Assembly: GCA_049968235.1 (NCBI GenBank)
Contig: JBMFRC010000001.1
Span: 320,001 to 384,000, forward strand
From: Candidatus Hydrogenedens sp.
Lineage (GTDB): Bacteria; Hydrogenedentota; Hydrogenedentia; Hydrogenedentales; Hydrogenedentaceae
DNA: 64,000 bases
Direction of reading: 5' to 3'
The notes under the pieces are model-generated. The model did not search any database. It was not told the origin of the DNA and was given only the letters and a program-made list of their open reading frames with translations. The position numbers and the translations under genes are program-made. Below are positions 60,826-64,000 of this stretch, piece after piece (the first letter of the stretch is position 1; each line of letters starts with the position of its first letter).

Positions 60826-63108
60826 ATGTCGCAAATAGCAAGTAAGGTTTCGGAGTTCCGACGCTTCCCTTTTTGGGGAACATTACTCGGGGGTATTTTC
60901 CTGTTACTTTTGATACGTATTTATTGGGACCCTATGCTGGCAGCCAGTTTAGGTAAAAGCGATAAAGAAGATATATGGGCAAACAAACAATATTCCGTTT
61001 GGGGTCCTATATGGAAATATGGGTTTGACCGTATCGGGAAGGGAGAAATTCCGCACTGGAATCCGTATCAACTTTGTGGACAACCCTACCTTGTGGACAT
61101 ACGTACATCTTTGTTTCAACCCTTGCATATACTATTTTGGCGAATGGACTTTGCACATGCCTATCAATGGTATATTTTCCTTTCCATGTCCCTTTTAGGT
61201 ATCGGTTTTTTAATATGGGGTAGAATTTTAGAGATTCCTTATCCTGCTTTAATACCCGGACTTGTATCTGTGGTATTTTCGGGACCTGGAATATGTGTTC
61301 AAATGTCGTTACCTTTGTTAAGTGGTTCTGTGTGGCTAATTTTTCTACTAAGTGGTATGGTATATTTCTTTGAAAACCATACACCACGCAGTTTTCTCAT
61401 CTTATTGTTTATATGGACCGCATTGATACTATCTGGAAGTATTGAATGCATATTTGCAGGTCTCCTTATGCTCATCCTTTTCCCTTTTATCTTTCGCAGT
61501 TTCCCGACACTTTCCATAGAAAGGAAATCTTTATCGGTAATTTTCAAAATTATAGTTGTTTTGATACTGGGAATAATGGTAAGTGCATTTGCATGGTTTC
61601 CTTTTATATCATGGCAGATATATACAGATGTACACTGGAGCCAATTTCTTAGTTTTCCTTTATCGGCTCATTTTCCCGAAACATTCTCTCTCGCTTTTTC
61701 TCAAATCTTTCTCCCTATATGGGCATGGGACCTTCCAAAATTACCCGTTTTATATCCCGGATTAATATGTTTCGTATTTATTTTTCCCGCATTTTTTGAC
61801 CGTGAACTTCGTTCTATCGTATGGTTTCATGGGCTAATCTTGTTATTTTTCTTCCTTCTATTTTTTATAAACCTTAACCTGGCACGAATACTTCAACAGG
61901 GAATGTTAATTCTTGTTGCAATTTCTTTCTCAACATTGGCAGGGATAGGCTTTCACCGATTGCTATTAAAAGGTCGGGATTTAAGTTCTCCATATGTATG
62001 GGTTTCGGGTATCTTTGTTTTTTTATTGCTATTAGCCCTCATTTTAATCGCTAATCCATGGATAAAGGGTGTATCCATTTTATTACTCTTTCTCCTTATC
62101 CCTGCAACAATCATCCGTATACCCAAAATAAATTCTATCCTTTGCATCTTAATCGCTCTGTTAAGTTTCATCGAATTGTATTATTTACTTCGTCCTTTTC
62201 TACCTGAAAGTTATATCCCCGTTATTGAAAAAAAAGATGTTTATTCCGAATTCGTCAGACAGCTCCGCTATCAAACAGGCACAGGAAGAGGTCTGATTGT
62301 CCCGGAATCGAACTCAATACTCTGGTCGGAAAACCTCGGGATGTATTATCACTGGCAATTGGTGAATGGAACAGAACTACCCACAGATAAATATGCACAA
62401 TTATGGATGAAATCCCTTTCAAATCAAACACAGGAAAAAACAGAACTATTAACAAATCCGTTAACAACAATCAGTGGTGTTCAGTGGGCATTTACTACAA
62501 ATATGTCAATAGATAACGATAAGGGGAAAAATTTAAAAACCTGGCGAAAAATGGAGCAAATCTACTTTGTTGATATTTATGAAAATACCCAACCTATACC
62601 GCGATGTTTCTGGGTACCCCACTACCGAAAAGTCTCTTCTATGGAAGAGGTCTTAAATATTTTGACACATAGTAACTTCTCTCCATTTAAAGAATGCGTG
62701 ATACAGTCAGATGTTCCGATTTCCTACGACAAAAAAACTGCTGATATACTTCCCTTAACACCGGAACAGGATGCAGATTCTTCCGCAAAGGTAGTAACTA
62801 CCAATATCCAGGAGGAAAACTCTGAATATATCTCTATACAGATAAAAGCACCTAAGGAAGGTTTCTTAGTGCTTTTAGACACATACAACCCGGGCTGGAA
62901 AGCATTTGTCGATGGAGAACTTACTGAAATTTTTAGAACAAACGGTATATTTAGAGGTGTTCCCATACCGGGAGGGGTACATCAGGTTGTATTCAAATAT
63001 ACAAGCCCTGGCTGGGACGCAGGGAGAATAATTACATTCGTGGCTATTCTTTTAACTCTATCAACACTACTCATCGAAAAAGTTTTCAATAAAAGCCAAA
63101 CCGCATAA
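60826..63108 (+). CDS. YfhO family polytopic membrane protein (membrane glycosyltransferase-like)
   Basis: Many TM helices. N-terminal IPHWNPYQLCGQPYL motif typical of YfhO. Large C-terminal extracytoplasmic domain and final TM. Confidence 0.55.
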   Translation: MSQIASKVSEFRRFPFWGTLLGGIFLLLLIRIYWDPMLAASLGKSDKEDIWANKQYSVWGPIWKYGFDRIGKGEIPHWNPYQLCGQPYLVDIRTSLFQPLHILFWRMDFAHAYQWYIFLSMSLLGIGFLIWGRILEIPYPALIPGLVSVVFSGPGICVQMSLPLLSGSVWLIFLLSGMVYFFENHTPRSFLILLFIWTALILSGSIECIFAGLLMLILFPFIFRSFPTLSIERKSLSVIFKIIVVLILGIMVSAFAWFPFISWQIYTDVHWSQFLSFPLSAHFPETFSLAFSQIFLPIWAWDLPKLPVLYPGLICFVFIFPAFFDRELRSIVWFHGLILLFFFLLFFINLNLARILQQGMLILVAISFSTLAGIGFHRLLLKGRDLSSPYVWVSGIFVFLLLLALILIANPWIKGVSILLLFLLIPATIIRIPKINSILCILIALLSFIELYYLLRPFLPESYIPVIEKKDVYSEFVRQLRYQTGTGRGLIVPESNSILWSENLGMYYHWQLVNGTELPTDKYAQLWMKSLSNQTQEKTELLTNPLTTISGVQWAFTTNMSIDNDKGKNLKTWRKMEQIYFVDIYENTQPIPRCFWVPHYRKVSSMEEVLNILTHSNFSPFKECVIQSDVPISYDKKTADILPLTPEQDADSSAKVVTTNIQEENSEYISIQIKAPKEGFLVLLDTYNPGWKAFVDGELTEIFRTNGIFRGVPIPGGVHQVVFKYTSPGWDAGRIITFVAILLTLSTLLIEKVFNKSQTA

Positions 63109-63513
63109 TGTTTTAATACCCATCATTTGAGCATTAACATCCTTTGTAAATAGCGAAAAGTTTCTGTTTAAATGAACAAATGAGAATGAGTGCGTAGAAA
63201 AAACAGCACAGACACAGCGCTGTATTGAGTACATGTATAACCCTACCCATGCAGGAGTAATTTATAAATTGCTTCTACAACCTATAGAATAAGCAGAATC
63301 TCTGTGTATAATAAAAATATTCTATCGACCTATTGGAACTTGCTTTGCCAGACCCTATTCCATCGCTTTATCTATCTCCATTATTCCATTTGTTCCTTTT
63401 TAGAATACGAACACTAAATTTGTTTATTTGGAAAATAATCTGGAAATATGTAATTATAACTATTATTTCATATCTTGTTTCTAACTTTATCTTGATTTTG
63501 CGGAGTTTTTCCT

Positions 63514-64000
63514 ATGCGTATACCTGATTATGTTTATGGTAGTATTGCACCAACTTTTACCGTTTTCAAGGAAGATGGTTCCCTTGACCCTGAGGGTCAA
63601 AAGCGTCTCCTTGAATATATGATTGAAAAAGGTTCCATATCCGCATTTTTCATTCGTTCGGGTATGGGACAGATGTATACCTTTTCTTTTGAAGAAGTAA
63701 AACAATTGGCAGAGATTGCCTGCAAAGTGGTGAAAGAGCATTCTGCGGTACTTATCGGATGTAGCGGTATCTGGGACCGTAACTATGACCACCGTCCTAA
63801 TCGACAGGAATACATTCAACAGGCAATCGAATTAAGTCGTTTTGCACAAGATATAGGTGCGGATGGTGCTGTATTAACTATCCCTGAGGCTCTGGTGCCC
63901 GAAAATAATGAGTCGCTTGAAGATTTAATATATCGTTATTTTGAAACGGTCTGTTCCGCAGTGAAAATACCCGTGTTATTCTATCAACCCCCCGGCACAA
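63514..64000 (+). CDS. Dihydrodipicolinate synthase / N-acetylneuraminate lyase (DapA) family protein, N-terminal part; runs off the window
   Basis: GCGGAG RBS. DHDPS-family N-terminal pattern (TPF.EDGS.D....). Open to the window end. Confidence 0.65.
   Translation, partial: MRIPDYVYGSIAPTFTVFKEDGSLDPEGQKRLLEYMIEKGSISAFFIRSGMGQMYTFSFEEVKQLAEIACKVVKEHSAVLIGCSGIWDRNYDHRPNRQEYIQQAIELSRFAQDIGADGAVLTIPEALVPENNESLEDLIYRYFETVCSAVKIPVLFYQPPGT

Overview
Low-GC (~38%) bacterial chromosomal window, densely coding on both strands. A DUF1559/prepilin-type gene, a TAT-exported Gfo/Idh/MocA oxidoreductase and abundant multiheme cytochromes suggest a PVC-superphylum-like lineage (inference). Housekeeping genes: fkpA-like PPIase, thiS-thiE, htrA, proC, divIVA, maf, a TIGR03960/TIGR03936 radical-SAM fusion, an SDR epimerase, M23 and SurA-like envelope proteins, and a DapA-family gene at the right edge. 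Three accessory regions stand out. (1) 3593-10226: a + strand operon of ApbE flavin transferase, TAT Gfo/Idh/MocA dehydrogenase, a 1148-aa octaheme cytochrome c fused to a C-terminal dihaem cytochrome b membrane anchor (architecture recalls Geobacter CbcL), and a flavodoxin-like protein. (2) 10524-15574 and 20173-25416: two paralogous giant surface proteins. They carry GLUG, multiple PASTA, FN3, cohesin-like and dockerin modules in tandem, acidic xEGxxEG tandem repeats and a C-terminal hydrophobic+basic tail. The 20173-25416 copy is intact (1747 aa). The 10524-15574 copy is broken by at least five lesions, including in-frame TGA/TAA substitutions. (3) 55422-63108: a YhaO/YhaN (SbcD/SbcC-like) pair in which the phosphoesterase metal-ligand motifs and the ATPase Walker A look degenerate and the ATPase has internal TM helices, next to GT2-like and YfhO-family membrane glycosyltransferase-like genes. 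There is also a YtrA-type GntR + ABC transporter (ATPase frameshifted) + 780-aa polytopic membrane protein locus, a DUF1559 pseudogene and a ~1 kb AT-rich intergenic island. The lesions in accessory genes are either genuine pseudogenisation or assembly errors. No rRNA, tRNA or CRISPR arrays were seen.
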